Of a stretch of DNA of 64,000 bases, positions 24,322 through 35,480 are shown piece by piece. The translations under genes were made by a program, and so were the position numbers. Every line of letters begins with the position of its first letter. Within the stretch, counting starts at the first letter, position 1. The stretch comes from Macrostomum lignano (taxonomy: Eukaryota). The notes under the pieces are model-generated. The model ran no database searches. It was not told the DNA's origin and saw only the letters and a list, made by a program, of their open reading frames with translations. Location: NCBI GenBank assembly GCA_002269645.1, contig NIVC01001111.1, positions 186,001 to 250,000 of the forward strand. The letters are read 5' to 3'.

Positions 24322-27300
24322 ATGACTAAGCTCCACGCTGCCAAAGGAGCGACATTCTGTCTGCAAATAAATTTACAGCATTGCGTATCTGCGTCAGTAA
24401 ATCTGATGAAGATTGCTGAGCTGTACAGGCCAGGCCTCATCCTGATCCAGGAACCCTGGATGCGCAACGGTAAGTTGCCCAACATTCCCTCTGGCTACTC
24501 TGATTTTTATGTGTGTGGCCCGGGGAACAGCCGCCCTAGAGCGGCTATCCTCGCTGCTAGCCATCTCCAGGCTTGGCTGAGGACTGATCTCTCTGATGGA
24601 GACCTTTGCGTCATCCAATCTAATCATTTCTCTCCGCGTACGTGTCTTGTTGCCTCGGTTTATATCCCAGGCGACAGAGACCCTGCTCCCGAGAGTTTAC
24701 TGCGCCTTGCGCAGTACTGCGAGTCCCAGAACGCTGAGCTGTGCTTAGGGGGCGACCTCAACGCGCACCACAAGCACTGGGGCAGCAAAGATACCAACAC
24801 TAGAGGAGAGGAGCTTCTGGCCCTCATCTCTAACACAAACCTCATGCTCTGCAACCGCGGCAGCACTCCTACCTTTAATAATGGCAGATGGACCGAGGTC
24901 CTCGACGCCACACTCGTTACCCCAAGACTCTTTGACAGAGTCAAGGAGTGGAGAGTCTGGTCTGAGGAGCCCTCCCTGTCTGACCACTGCTTTATCGCCT
25001 TTAATATCGCGGACACTAAAACCCAGTCTCCGATCACTTGGAGACGCAATATCCGCAACAGTGATTGGGCGGCCTACAAGGCTGCCCTTGATCTGCACCT
25101 GCAGGAACTCACGGACTTACGTCCGATTGAGACCTGCGAGGATGTGGATCATATGGCTGAGACGCTGACAGGTTGCATTATTGCAGCCTACGAAGCGGCT
25201 TGTCCTGCTCGCGCCTACAGAGGCAAGACCTCGGCGCCGTGGTGGAACCCGGAGCTGGGGAAACTCAGGCGGAAGGCCAAAAGCCTTCATCGCCGTGCCA
25301 TGAAGACCGGAAACCCGGAGGACATGGAGCTTTTCCGGCAAGCCTCCCGCAATTTCAAATCTGAAGTGCGCAAGGCCAAGGAATGTAAGTGGCGCCAATT
25401 CTGCAATGAATTGGATCAAGACAGACCTACTTCTAGGCTTGTCAAGGCCCTTACAATGGACAAAATGTCCAAATTAGCCATGATCAAAAAAGATGATGGC
25501 TCTCTTACTAAAGACCCTGAAGAAGTGCTTCAGCATATGCTTAGCACATTCTTCCCGAGGGTACCTACTGCTAGACCGGAGCCCAACCATTCGATGGATG
25601 GAGCCACCCTAGCGGCGGGCATTGTCACTGAAGACCTAATCGCTCGTGCGGTCAGAACCTTCAAACCCTTCAAATCTCCTGGACCTGATGGTATCTACCC
25701 TGTTCTCCTTCGTGAAGCAGCCAAGATACCCTCGTTCCTGAGACTCACCCGCAATCTTATGCGGGCCTCTATCCAGCTGGGATACGTTCCCAAAAGCTGG
25801 ACTGAAGCTCGAGTAGTCTTTATTCCCAAACCTGGGAAGGGTGACTACCAAAGCGTCAAGGCCTTCCGGCCAATTAGCTTAACGTCAGCAATGCTTAAGC
25901 TCACTGAGAGGCTTATTCTCTGGCGGCTGCTCTCCTGCGAGCTGACAGCGATGCCCCTCAGCAATAATCAGCACGCCTTCCGTACCGGGAGGTCGACTGA
26001 CAGCGCCCTGCATGCGATTGTCGAAAAGATTGAACGGGCGGTACTGGGTGACGGTTACGCCCTGGCTCTCTTTCTTGACATTGTTGGCGCCTTCGACAAC
26101 GTTATCTTTGAAGCGTTTCAGAGGGCCCTTCAAAATCGCAAAGCTCATGCTACCCTCATACGGTGGATCATGTACATGATCTCCAACCGTACGGTCACTG
26201 CCCAACTTCTTGGGCAAACTGCCTCCACCAGAGTCTGTAAGGGTGGTCCCCAAGGCGGAGTCCTCACCCCGACGCTCTGGAACCTGGTCATGGACGCTCT
26301 TCTGAGTGACTCCCGACCTGACCCCGTCTTCAAAGTCGGGTATGCTGATGACGTCACGGCCATTGTGGCAGGACCGTCTCCCAGCACGCTCAGGGATCTG
26401 ATGCAGAGCTTTATCCGCAAAGCAGAATCCTGGGCCAATGACAATGGTTTGGAACTCTCTGAGCCCAAAACCGTTGCCATTATGTTTACCAGCAGACTAC
26501 GCTGGAACATAAGTCCTCTGCAGCTCTACGGCAGAGATATTGCCTTCGCGCACCAGACCAGATGTCTCGGGGTCACACTTGACCACCGGCTCAACTGGTC
26601 CTTCCATGTGAAAGCAAAAGCTAAGCGTGCCTCAGCCATCCTGGCCCAGCTCCGACGAGCACTTGGCACTTCTTGGGGTCTATCCCCAAAGCGGCTTTGG
26701 TGGATCTATACTTCCGTAGTTAGACCTGCCATTACGTACGCCTCTGTTGTCTGGGTTAGCGCTACCCAGGTCAAAAGCCATGCAGACCTGCTCAACACGA
26801 TCCAAGGCAGAGCGTGTAGGCTCATCTGCAACGCCACCAGGTCCACGCCCTTTGCTGGCATGGGGGCCTTTCTTAATCTTCCGCCTCTTGACCTCTTCAT
26901 CAGGGGTGAGGCGGCTAGAACGACGCGGCGTCTAATTGATGCCGGCGTCAAATTCATTTACATGAGAGCACCTGCTAAGCGGAACCTTGTCCCGCATAGC
27001 GATCTGTGCCTCAACTTTCTCAACGAGTGTCAGGCCAATCGCGTCTTCACCGATGGCATTGCCTCAACGCTCAACCTGAGACAGCGCTACTCCGTAGCTA
27101 TCGACTCGCGCGATAACATCAATGACCATTGGAACCCTGGTGAGCTTCATTGCTACACCGACGGTTCTAAGCAGTCAGCCAACACCGGCTTTGGTGTTGG
27201 AATCTTTCTGAACGGGAGGGTCATCGCTACCCACGCTCAATACACTGGGGTCAACTCCAGTGTTTTCCAAAATGAAGTTCTGGCCATCAGCTCCTGCACT

Positions 27301-28062
27301 GCAGAGCTTCTCACCACTGGCGTTACTGGTAAGAACATCATTTTCCATTCGGACAGCCAAGCTGCCTTGCACGCCATCAGTGGCTGCAGCACCAACTCTG
27401 CTACAGTCCTTGACTGTATCAAACTCCTCAATGTGTTGGGTTCCGCCAACAAAATTACCCTTAAGTGGGTTCCGGGGCATGTGGGGATCCGAGGAAATGA
27501 GTTGGCTGACACCCTTGCAAAAGTTGGTGCCTCCGGCTCCTCTCTCGGCCCCGAACCTCTTGTCCCGATTCCTGGCTGTGTCATCGACTCGCGCATCAAA
27601 GCGTGGATCAGGACTCAGCACCGCTCGACTTGGGCGAACCGCACGAACTGCAGGCAATCCAGAGGCGCTGTCCCTCAGCCCTCTCACCAGCTCCGGAAGC
27701 TCCTCTTGCGCCTCTCGCGCAGAGACATCCGGGCTGCCACCATGACCCTCTCTGGTCACGGCTGCTTCTCCAGGCACCAGTACCTGCAGGGCAACGCCAC
27801 CAACGCCACCTGTAGTTTCTGCAACTCAGGTGACGAAACCGCTGAGCATTTCGTCAGCATCTGTCCCGCCTTCACGCGGGCCAGACTCACTTACCTCGGG
27901 CCACACACATCTATTACTGAAGCGTGCAAACCCGAAAACTTTAATCAGCTCATGCGCTACCTTCGGGCCACCCGCAGGGCTGAACTCTCCTTTCCAGAGA
28001 GCACCATAGCTGCTGGCGACACTGGGGGACATCCCTGGGCGGCGCCAACCCTCCGTCCATAG
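24322..28062 (+). CDS. LINE copy 1 ORF2 pol: APE endonuclease, reverse transcriptase, RNase H, CCHC finger (1246 aa, intact)
   Basis: APE motifs QEPW, GDLNAHH and SDH. RT motifs RPISL, FLDIVGAFD, PQGGVL and YADD. RNase H motifs YTDGSK, FQNEVLAI, HSDSQ and WVPGHVGIRGNELAD. C-terminal C-x2-C-x8-H-x4-C. Confidence 0.97.
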   Translation: MTKLHAAKGATFCLQINLQHCVSASVNLMKIAELYRPGLILIQEPWMRNGKLPNIPSGYSDFYVCGPGNSRPRAAILAASHLQAWLRTDLSDGDLCVIQSNHFSPRTCLVASVYIPGDRDPAPESLLRLAQYCESQNAELCLGGDLNAHHKHWGSKDTNTRGEELLALISNTNLMLCNRGSTPTFNNGRWTEVLDATLVTPRLFDRVKEWRVWSEEPSLSDHCFIAFNIADTKTQSPITWRRNIRNSDWAAYKAALDLHLQELTDLRPIETCEDVDHMAETLTGCIIAAYEAACPARAYRGKTSAPWWNPELGKLRRKAKSLHRRAMKTGNPEDMELFRQASRNFKSEVRKAKECKWRQFCNELDQDRPTSRLVKALTMDKMSKLAMIKKDDGSLTKDPEEVLQHMLSTFFPRVPTARPEPNHSMDGATLAAGIVTEDLIARAVRTFKPFKSPGPDGIYPVLLREAAKIPSFLRLTRNLMRASIQLGYVPKSWTEARVVFIPKPGKGDYQSVKAFRPISLTSAMLKLTERLILWRLLSCELTAMPLSNNQHAFRTGRSTDSALHAIVEKIERAVLGDGYALALFLDIVGAFDNVIFEAFQRALQNRKAHATLIRWIMYMISNRTVTAQLLGQTASTRVCKGGPQGGVLTPTLWNLVMDALLSDSRPDPVFKVGYADDVTAIVAGPSPSTLRDLMQSFIRKAESWANDNGLELSEPKTVAIMFTSRLRWNISPLQLYGRDIAFAHQTRCLGVTLDHRLNWSFHVKAKAKRASAILAQLRRALGTSWGLSPKRLWWIYTSVVRPAITYASVVWVSATQVKSHADLLNTIQGRACRLICNATRSTPFAGMGAFLNLPPLDLFIRGEAARTTRRLIDAGVKFIYMRAPAKRNLVPHSDLCLNFLNECQANRVFTDGIASTLNLRQRYSVAIDSRDNINDHWNPGELHCYTDGSKQSANTGFGVGIFLNGRVIATHAQYTGVNSSVFQNEVLAISSCTAELLTTGVTGKNIIFHSDSQAALHAISGCSTNSATVLDCIKLLNVLGSANKITLKWVPGHVGIRGNELADTLAKVGASGSSLGPEPLVPIPGCVIDSRIKAWIRTQHRSTWANRTNCRQSRGAVPQPSHQLRKLLLRLSRRDIRAATMTLSGHGCFSRHQYLQGNATNATCSFCNSGDETAEHFVSICPAFTRARLTYLGPHTSITEACKPENFNQLMRYLRATRRAELSFPESTIAAGDTGGHPWAAPTLRP

Positions 28063-28160
28063 CGACGCGTCGGCCGTTCAGGGACTAGCGGAATGGGCGC
28101 CCGCGCCTTCCCGCTGTGTCCCCTCCGGGACAGCCCTGCAGCTAAGTCAAGTAAGTCAAG

Positions 28161-29637
28161 ACCCGGTGACCCACTGTCTACCCGGTGACCCACTGTCTAC
28201 CTGGTGACCCACTGTCTACCCGGTGACCCACTGTCTAGCCGGTGACCCACTGTCTAGCCGGTGAACCACTGTCTAGCCGGTGACCCACTGTCTACCTGGT
28301 GACCCACTGTCTACCCGGTGACCCACTGTCTACCTGGTGATCCACTGTCTACCCGGTGACCCACTGTCTAGCCGGTGACCCACTGTCTACCTGGTGATCC
28401 ACTGTCTACCCGGTGACCCACTGTCTAGCCGGTGACCCACTGTCTACCTGGTGATCCACTGTCTACCCGGTGACCCACTGTCTAGCCGGTGACCCACTGT
28501 CTACCTGGTGATCCACTGTCTAGCCGGTGACCCACTGTCTAGCCGGTGACCCACTGTCTAGCCGGTGACCCACTGTCTAGCCGGTGCCCGGTGACCCACT
28601 GTCTAGCCGGTGACCCACTGTCTAGCCGGTACCCAGTGACCCACTGTCTAGCCGGTACCCAGTGACCCACTGTCTAGCCGGTGACCCACTGTCTAGCCGG
28701 TGTCTAGCCGGTGACCCACTGTCTACCTGGTGATCCACTGTCTACCCGGTGACCCACTGTCTAGCCGGTGCCCGGTGACCCACTGTCTAGCCGGTGACCC
28801 ACTGTCTAGCCGGTACCCAGTGACCCACTGTCTAGCCGGTACCCAGTGACCCACTGTCTAGCCGGTGACCCACTGTCTAGCCGGTGTCTAGCCGGTGACC
28901 CACTGTCTACCTGGTGATCCACTGTCTACCCGGTGACCCACTGTCTAGCCGGTGACCCACTGTCTAGCCGGTGCCCGGTGACCCACTGTCTAGCCGGTGA
29001 CCCACTGTCTAGCCGGTACCCAGTGACCCACTGTCTAGCCGGTGACCCACTGTCTAGCCGGTGTCTAGCCGGTGACCTACTGTCTACCTGGTGATCCACT
29101 GTCTACCCGGTGACCCACTGTCTAGCCGGTGACCCACTGTCTAGCCGGTGCCCGGTGACCCACTGTCTAGCCGGTGACCCACTGTCTAGCCGGTACCCAG
29201 TGACCCACTGTCTAGCCGGTGACCCACTGTCTAGCCGGTGTCTAGCCGGTGACCCCCTGTCTTGCCGGTGTCTAGCCGGTGACCCCCTGTCTAGCCGGTG
29301 TCTAGCCGGTGACCCCCTGTCTAGCCGGTGTCTAGCCGGTGACCCCCTGTCTAGCCGGTGTCTAGCCGGTGACCCCCTGTCTAGCCGGTGTCTAGCCGGT
29401 GACCCCCTGTCTAGCCGGTGTCTAGCTGGTGACCCCCTGTCTAGCCGGTGTCTAGCCGGTAACCCCCTGTCTTGCCGGTGTCTAGCCGGTGACCCCCTGT
29501 CTAGCCGGTGTCTAGCCGGTGACCCCTGTCTAGCCGGTGTCTAGCCGGTAACCCCCTGTCTAGCCGGTGTCTAGCCGGTGACCCCCTGTCTAGCCGGTGT
29601 CTAGCCGGTGACCCACTGTCTAGCCGGTGACCCACTC
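28161..29637. repeat. 19-bp minisatellite, right part, grading into 27/30-bp derivative units
   Basis: The same unit continues after the LINE. From ~29230 it becomes a regular 30-mer (GACCCCCTGTCTAGCCGGTGTCTAGCCGGT). Confidence 0.97.
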
Positions 29638-30471
29638 TCTTGGCAGACGATCGGTGTACGCCGATACAACGTGTGTACAGTCACAATGTACGCCAGCAAT
29701 TTTTAGTCGAACTTTTTATTACATTAACCCTATGAGCAGGATTATAGCAGGAATACCGCTAGCCAAAGCCTCCCAGCGAAAGCAAAAATTACAACCAAAA
29801 CCACTTCCAGGTCTCCCCCCAACCCCCCTACCCTAGCTCTGTCGAGTACGAACCGGGACTGCATCTGCTGTCTGAGTTTCGAGACTAGGAGCAAGAGCTC
29901 GTGAGCAGTGGGGGCATAGTCCGCATACGTATCGGAGAGAGCTTGAAGCGAATCTTTTCAGAGAGAAAGAGAGAGAGAGAAATACGCAGAAATCGATCAA
30001 CGCGCATTGCATACTTTGCGAGCCCATAGGCCCGCTTCACTCCTTCCTCTTGTGATCCCCTCTCCTCACAAGCTAATATCCCTCTCTCCCTCTACTAAGT
30101 CCCACTCCCTGCTGTCTGACTCAGATATGAAAGATCTTGGTCGGGGGATGATTTTTTCAACTTACTCTCTCCCCTCACAATACAATCTGTACCGTCTAGA
30201 GTCCTTGGCTTGCCCTAGGCATAATATAGTATAATCTATTTCACACAATTCGTTTTGAGCACAGAAAAAACAATCCCGAGTGTCTAAGACTCTAAGCTTG
30301 GATCCCAGTTGGTAGGAATTTTTAAGATTGCAAATCTGAGTCACCTTCTCACCCACTCATCTTGTGTGCACGCGAGAGTGACGTGATTGACTGTTGAAAA
30401 TAATCCACGAAATATTAGCTAAAAGTATTAATGTATTAAAATATTAGCAAGTTTCCAGCGTGCCAATGCAA

Positions 30472-30659
30472 GTCTAGACCCACTGCACGTCTAGACCCAC
30501 TGCACGTCTAGACCCACTGCACGTCTAGACCCACTGCACGTCTAGACCCACTGCACGTCTAGACCCACTGCACGTCTAGACCCACTGCACGTCTAGACCC
30601 ACTGCACGTCTAGACCCACTGCACGTCTAGACCCACTGCACGTCTAGACCCACTGCACA
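30472..30659. repeat. 17-bp minisatellite (GTCTAGACCCACTGCAC)n, 11 near-perfect copies
   Basis: Directly visible 17-bp period. Confidence 0.97.
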
Positions 30660-31439
30660 TCTCTACCCCTGGGACCCCACTGCACAACTATTTAATAACT
30701 GCTTCGTGTTTATGCAATTCAATCACTAGTCGGTCACCAGAAGAAAAACAGAAAAAAGTACAAACTGACAGGTACAAGGCTGACCGACACGAAGGCAAAT
30801 AGACACTCTTGCAGACGATCGTATATAGCACATTGAAAAGTTTACTGTTTTTTTCAGCTTGTGGAAAGGTACAGTCTTGTGCTTTGTTAGTACAGACTTT
30901 CTCTTTACGTACTTACTATTACATATACATGCAGCCATCATTATGCACTTGCTTCTCATTAAGTCAAAACTGACTCATTGTAATTTGTAAGCCTTTCATG
31001 TATTTTGAGTCACTCACTGATTTAGACCGTGCAATAATCTAATGAGTGTAGTTACAAAATTACTTTATTTGTTAAATATGCTACTGTTTGAAGTTTAAGT
31101 AGTATTTCTCGCACAGTTTTAGACGCTTGTCTCGTAACCAACATTTGACTGGTTTGGTCGATTCTGAAATGCAGAATCTAATTTCCTCTTAGGATAGAAA
31201 GCTCAAGGCGCGTACATGTACGAGTATCAATAGCCGTACACATACATGCATTCTAGTGAGATCAAAAGTTTGGATAGCAGGACGAGGCATTTTAGTACAG
31301 CTTTACGATGCTCTACAGAGATACGATATGTAATGAATGAGCCTAGCTTAATGCATGTCTATAATTACTCTCGAAATAGACTCAGATCGACGGCAAAAAT
31401 GCTGTCTTCCATCTTCCTTACCCAGATACTTGGGACCAC

Positions 31440-31520
31440 CGAGCACGCACTCGGCGGTCGGGCACATGCACGTGATCCGCTGAGCATGCGCCGAGAGTGC
31501 GCATTGTGTTGCGCTTTGAC
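31440..31520 (+). promoter_or_regulatory. Probable promoter of the JmjC gene (NRF1-like GCATGCGC/GTGCGCAT and CACGTG E-box)
   Basis: CpG-rich motif cluster 200-290 bp upstream of the ATG at 31728. Confidence 0.35.
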
Positions 31521-31727
31521 TCAGTGGAAGCATGTCTTTCTCAGTACAAGACAATAGACACGACTCGAGCAAGCACAATGGCAGAAATGTACAACAGAGA
31601 CAGTGGCGCAGACAGAGACTCTGGTAGCATGCAAATTGATAGTTGAGTGAGAAGAGAGAAAGATAAAAGCTGGCCCAGCTAGGACTCAGCTCGGGCAAGA
31701 ACAAGCGCGCATCAGACAGCCACGCAG

Positions 31728-32956
31728 ATGAAGCCCGAAGCTCGGCAAGCCGCCCAGGCCGCCTTTCTATCGGAGGCGCTCGCTCTCCAGCCAGCCGACC
31801 GAGCCCGTCTCCTGTCCGAGTTGGACAGCAAAAGCTGCCGCGGCCGCCGTCCATTGCTGGCAAACTTCTGGACGATCCTGACGGTGATCGTAGTTGCACT
31901 GTACGCGGCCGCCATCGGCTTGGGCCACCTGCGGCCAGGTGGAACGTGTCTAATCTTCGCGGGAGAGTTCCTGTCTGACGCCGCTCGCTACCCAGCCAAC
32001 TGCGACCGGGTCTGCGCCGGCCTGACCGCCGTGCCAGTGGAGCCAGCCAATATCAGCCGGGCTCGATTCCGGGAGCTCTACGCTTACACCGGTCGGCCGG
32101 TGCTGGTGAAAGGCGCCGCCAGCGACTGGCCAGCCAAGCAGCACTGGAACCTGACATTCTTCCGGGACCTGTACGACCGCTACCCCGACTCCTACCGGAC
32201 CCAGAAGCGCCGGGCCCGCTACCTGCCATTCAGAATCGAGCTGCAGACGTTCTACGAGGCGCTGCACATGTCCGAGGAGCGACAGCAGCAGCCGTACTAT
32301 TTCGGCTGGAGCAATTTGGACAACAATGTGCACAACGAGTTGATGAAGTACTACACCTGGCCGCAGTACCTGCCGTTAGGTGTGCAGGGCTCCGTGCTCG
32401 ATTGGTTCTTCATTGGGGCGGCCGAGTTCGGGGCTCCGGTGCATGTGAGTTAGCGCTAAAACTGTTGACTTGCATCGGAACATTTTCTAACCAATAAACA
32501 CGAAATGTTGACTTTTTAAAAGCAGCAACCAATGCACTATATCTCTATTTAATCAAACGCAGCTCGACCACATTCTGCGACCCAGTTGGCAGGCCCTGAT
32601 CAAGGGTCGCAAGACTTGGGAGATTCAACCGCCTAGCGAGTGTTCCAGCGTCTGCCAGACCCTCCGAGTGCAGATGGAGCCCGGGGACATATGTAAGCCA
32701 GGCCCGAGAGCATTGATGAATGATATAAGAATTTTATAGAAGTTTTGTTCGTGAAATCTTGGATAAAACATGCGTGAAACACGTGTGAAACCATGCATAG
32801 CTGCATAATTGCGTCATATAATTTCTAACCTTTCCAAGCTAGCTAAATAAAAACTAACTAATCATTCCAGTCAACGTGGACACGAACCAGTGGTATCACG
32901 CTACCTTCAACGAGCCGGGTGTGTTCAGTCTCACTATTGGAGCCGAGTACGACTGA
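31728..32956 (+). CDS. Membrane-anchored JmjC/cupin-like 2-oxoglutarate oxygenase, 3 exons, 310 aa
   Basis: Exons 31728-32444, 32563-32692 and 32871-32956 have GT-AG boundaries and consistent phases (0,1). An N-terminal TM helix (FWTILTVIVVALYAAAIGL) precedes YAYTGRPVLVKGAASDW. The iron triad H-L-D ... WYH and the G-R-K-T-W strand are present, and the protein ends IGAEYD. Confidence 0.9.
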
Positions 32957-33265
32957 GTTAGACGCAAATTTTAAACAAACTGCATGACCATCAAAACAGA
33001 CTTTTAGACTTTTAACCAACACTTGGTTTGATACTGAAGCCGGCGTTGACTTCTTACAAGCATACTTAATCAGTGCTATTAAGTGAATTTAAAAAAATAA
33101 TGCACAATATGTTTAATACAATTGCTCTCTAATAAACTACCATTCATCGAAATTGTGACTTACAACGTGTTGGTGTTGATGCGTTTGAATTTAGTCAAAA
33201 ACAGCATATCACTGACATCAGTTACTTCATTCAATGCTTCTAAATTATTCATTACTCAAACAATA

Positions 33266-33392
33266 CATTCTTCAGTGAGCCTCATTAGAACTTCATTCTT
33301 CAGTGAGCCTCATTAGAGCTTCACTCTTCAGTGAGCCTCATTAGAACTTCATTCTTCAGTGAGCCTCATTAGAACTTCATTCTTCAGTGAGC
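33266..33392. repeat. 28-bp minisatellite (CTTCAGTGAGCCTCATTAGAACTTCATT)n, ~4.5 copies
   Basis: Visible 28-bp period. Confidence 0.9.
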
Positions 33393-33914
33393 CACTGGTT
33401 CCTTATTCGGTGAGGCTCATTAAAACACTATTTTTAATTAGATACCCCTTCATTATTCAGTGAATGATCTGTTTTATTAAAGGTTCTATCGTGGGAAAAG
33501 AACAAAATAAGCGAACAAAACTGATTTGATTGCGCATTTCCGCTACAACAATTGATGTAGGGTAAAAGGGAAACAAAACAAAACGACTTTTATCTGTTCT
33601 AGGCACAATTATATAATATAGTAATTACCAATTTTTATTGAAAAAAGCGACAACACAATACTCCACAAGACAAATAACAATCTATTTAGCGCGATATTCT
33701 CTACACAAAAGTAAACTGAGTCAAAGGGTGGAGCCCGCACAACAAGGTGCGTCGCAAAACAAATGTTAAGAGGCAAAAAAGCAAAGACAAAAATAGGATA
33801 AGTGTATATAACTTGGTGTATATGTGTAGCAAAGCATACCCGGAGGAAAAAGATAACAGTACTTTGCGTACTTTAATTTGACTGAAATAGGGTGGAAGTT
33901 GATTTCACTTCTAC

Positions 33915-34340
33915 GGGTAGCGATTGGTGTTATCGGGGCTGGGCGTGGCCGTGTGTACATTAAGGTAGGAGTTGATGTTATCGGGGCTGGGCGTGGCCGT
34001 GTGTACATTGGGGTAGGAATTGATGTTATCGGGGCTGGGCGTGGCCGTGTGTACATTGGGGTAGCGATTGGTGTTTATCGGGGCTGGGCGTGGCCGTGTG
34101 TACATTGGGGTAGGAATTGATGTTATCGGGGCTGGGCGTGGCCGTGTGTACATTGGGGTAGCGATTGGTGTTATCGGGGCTGGGCGTGGCCGTGTGTACA
34201 TTGGGGTAGGAGTTGATGTTATCGGGGCTGGGCGTGGCCGTGTGTACATTGGGGTAGGAATTGATGTTATCGGGGCTGGGCGTGGCCGTGTGTACATTGG
34301 GGTAGGAATTGATGTTATCGGGGCTGGGCGTGGCCGTGTT
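33915..34340. repeat. 48-bp G-rich minisatellite, ~9 copies
   Basis: Unit contains TATCGGGGCTGGGCGTGGCCGTGTGTACATTGGGGTAG. The period is divisible by 3, which explains ORFs 33766-34385. Confidence 0.96.
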
Positions 34341-35016
34341 TACAGTACCGTATTAAACAGCCAAGGCATTTCAAGCAGCCAATAACCTAGCCGCAAAACC
34401 AAACAAAACTTTCCATCCGGATATGAATACACTCGTATATGAGCGTAATAAAGAAATAATCACAACTCGTAAACTCGCTTATGTTTTAACACAGACACAA
34501 GGAAGCAGAGAATAATTGACGAACAGAGATTGATAAATAGGAGAGACGATCTCCTGTGCAATAGACTTCATACACATTTAAATGAATGAATCGGCAGCAA
34601 GGGCTGTGCAACCATAACACCAACGCGCCCTGTGACCAGAAAGAAAATGAATGGTAGCCAAATAAAAATACTAACGATATCATGGAAAGAATATGCCACT
34701 GAAGTCGGAATATGAACTGGACTGTGCATTGCTTTGTTTTGGAATAGATAACAAAACATTTGGAAGTTTCACATTATAAGCAAGCAAGTAGACAATAATT
34801 ACAAAATTCATTACTCAATTATCAATGATAAATTGTTTACTGCAAATTTCAGGTACTCGTTTTTAGTATAATCAATAATCAATAATGCTAACACGAATGT
34901 CGTACGAGTAAAATAAGCCATTTCTATGCAGACGCTTACTGGAAAAGGGGGACTGTGTCTAGCAGCTGATTTCAAGCTCAATTACTGCCTGGGTCAGACA
35001 GGGACCCAGGCTGAGT

Positions 35017-35210
35017 TATCGATTTTCTGACACGACAGCCACCTCCCCCAAAGGTCTATCGATTTTCTGACTGGCTAAAGGATAGCCATCTCCCCCAGAG
35101 GTTTATAGATTTTCTGACTGACTACACGACAGCCACCTCCCCCAGAGGTTTATCGATTTTCTGACTGACTACACGACAGCCACCTACCCCAGAGGTTAAT
35201 CGATTTTCTA
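35017..35210. repeat. 47-bp minisatellite, ~4 copies, downstream of the SNX14 stop
   Basis: GATTTTCTGA recurs at 35061, 35108 and 35155, and GATTTTCT at 35202. Confidence 0.88.
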
Positions 35211-35480
35211 GAATACAGCCTACATTGAAGAATAAGATATGATTGCTCGATATCCAAAATAAAACGCTGACAACCAAGACGTTTGGAATAATCGCGCACT
35301 ATGTAAAGGCGAGATACATGCATCCGGGAGCGCATACGTACACAACACGCAACTGATTAGCTAGTAAAGTTTGATTGATAACACAGATAAAGGATCGATC
35401 AGTTAAAAGACAGCCGACAGAGACGGCTAGGGACAACAGATCTAATTTTAAATAAAAATAAATCCGCCAGAGTGGGGAGT

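Larger units (their letters stand above)
22258..28160 (+). mobile_element. Full-length non-LTR retrotransposon, LOA-like (I group), copy 1, 5.9 kb
   Basis: 5' end GCACGCGAAGG is shared with copy 2. Two ORFs, a 3' tail (TAAGTCAAG)2, and a TSD ACCCGGT at 22251-22257 and 28161-28167. The APE-RT-RNase H-CCHC order and sequence style resemble Lian/Baggins; the clade call is by eye. Confidence 0.93.

Noticed and set aside
22967-28193. Many antisense and alternative-frame ORFs inside both LINEs (e.g. 23728-24234, 27175-27777, 61694-62401)
   Set aside because: These are shadow ORFs of GC-rich coding sequence and are not conserved as peptides between the two copies.
29640-30400. GA/CT-rich segment considered as a solo LTR
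   Set aside because: No TG..CA ends with a TSD, no PBS or PPT, and no second copy in the window.
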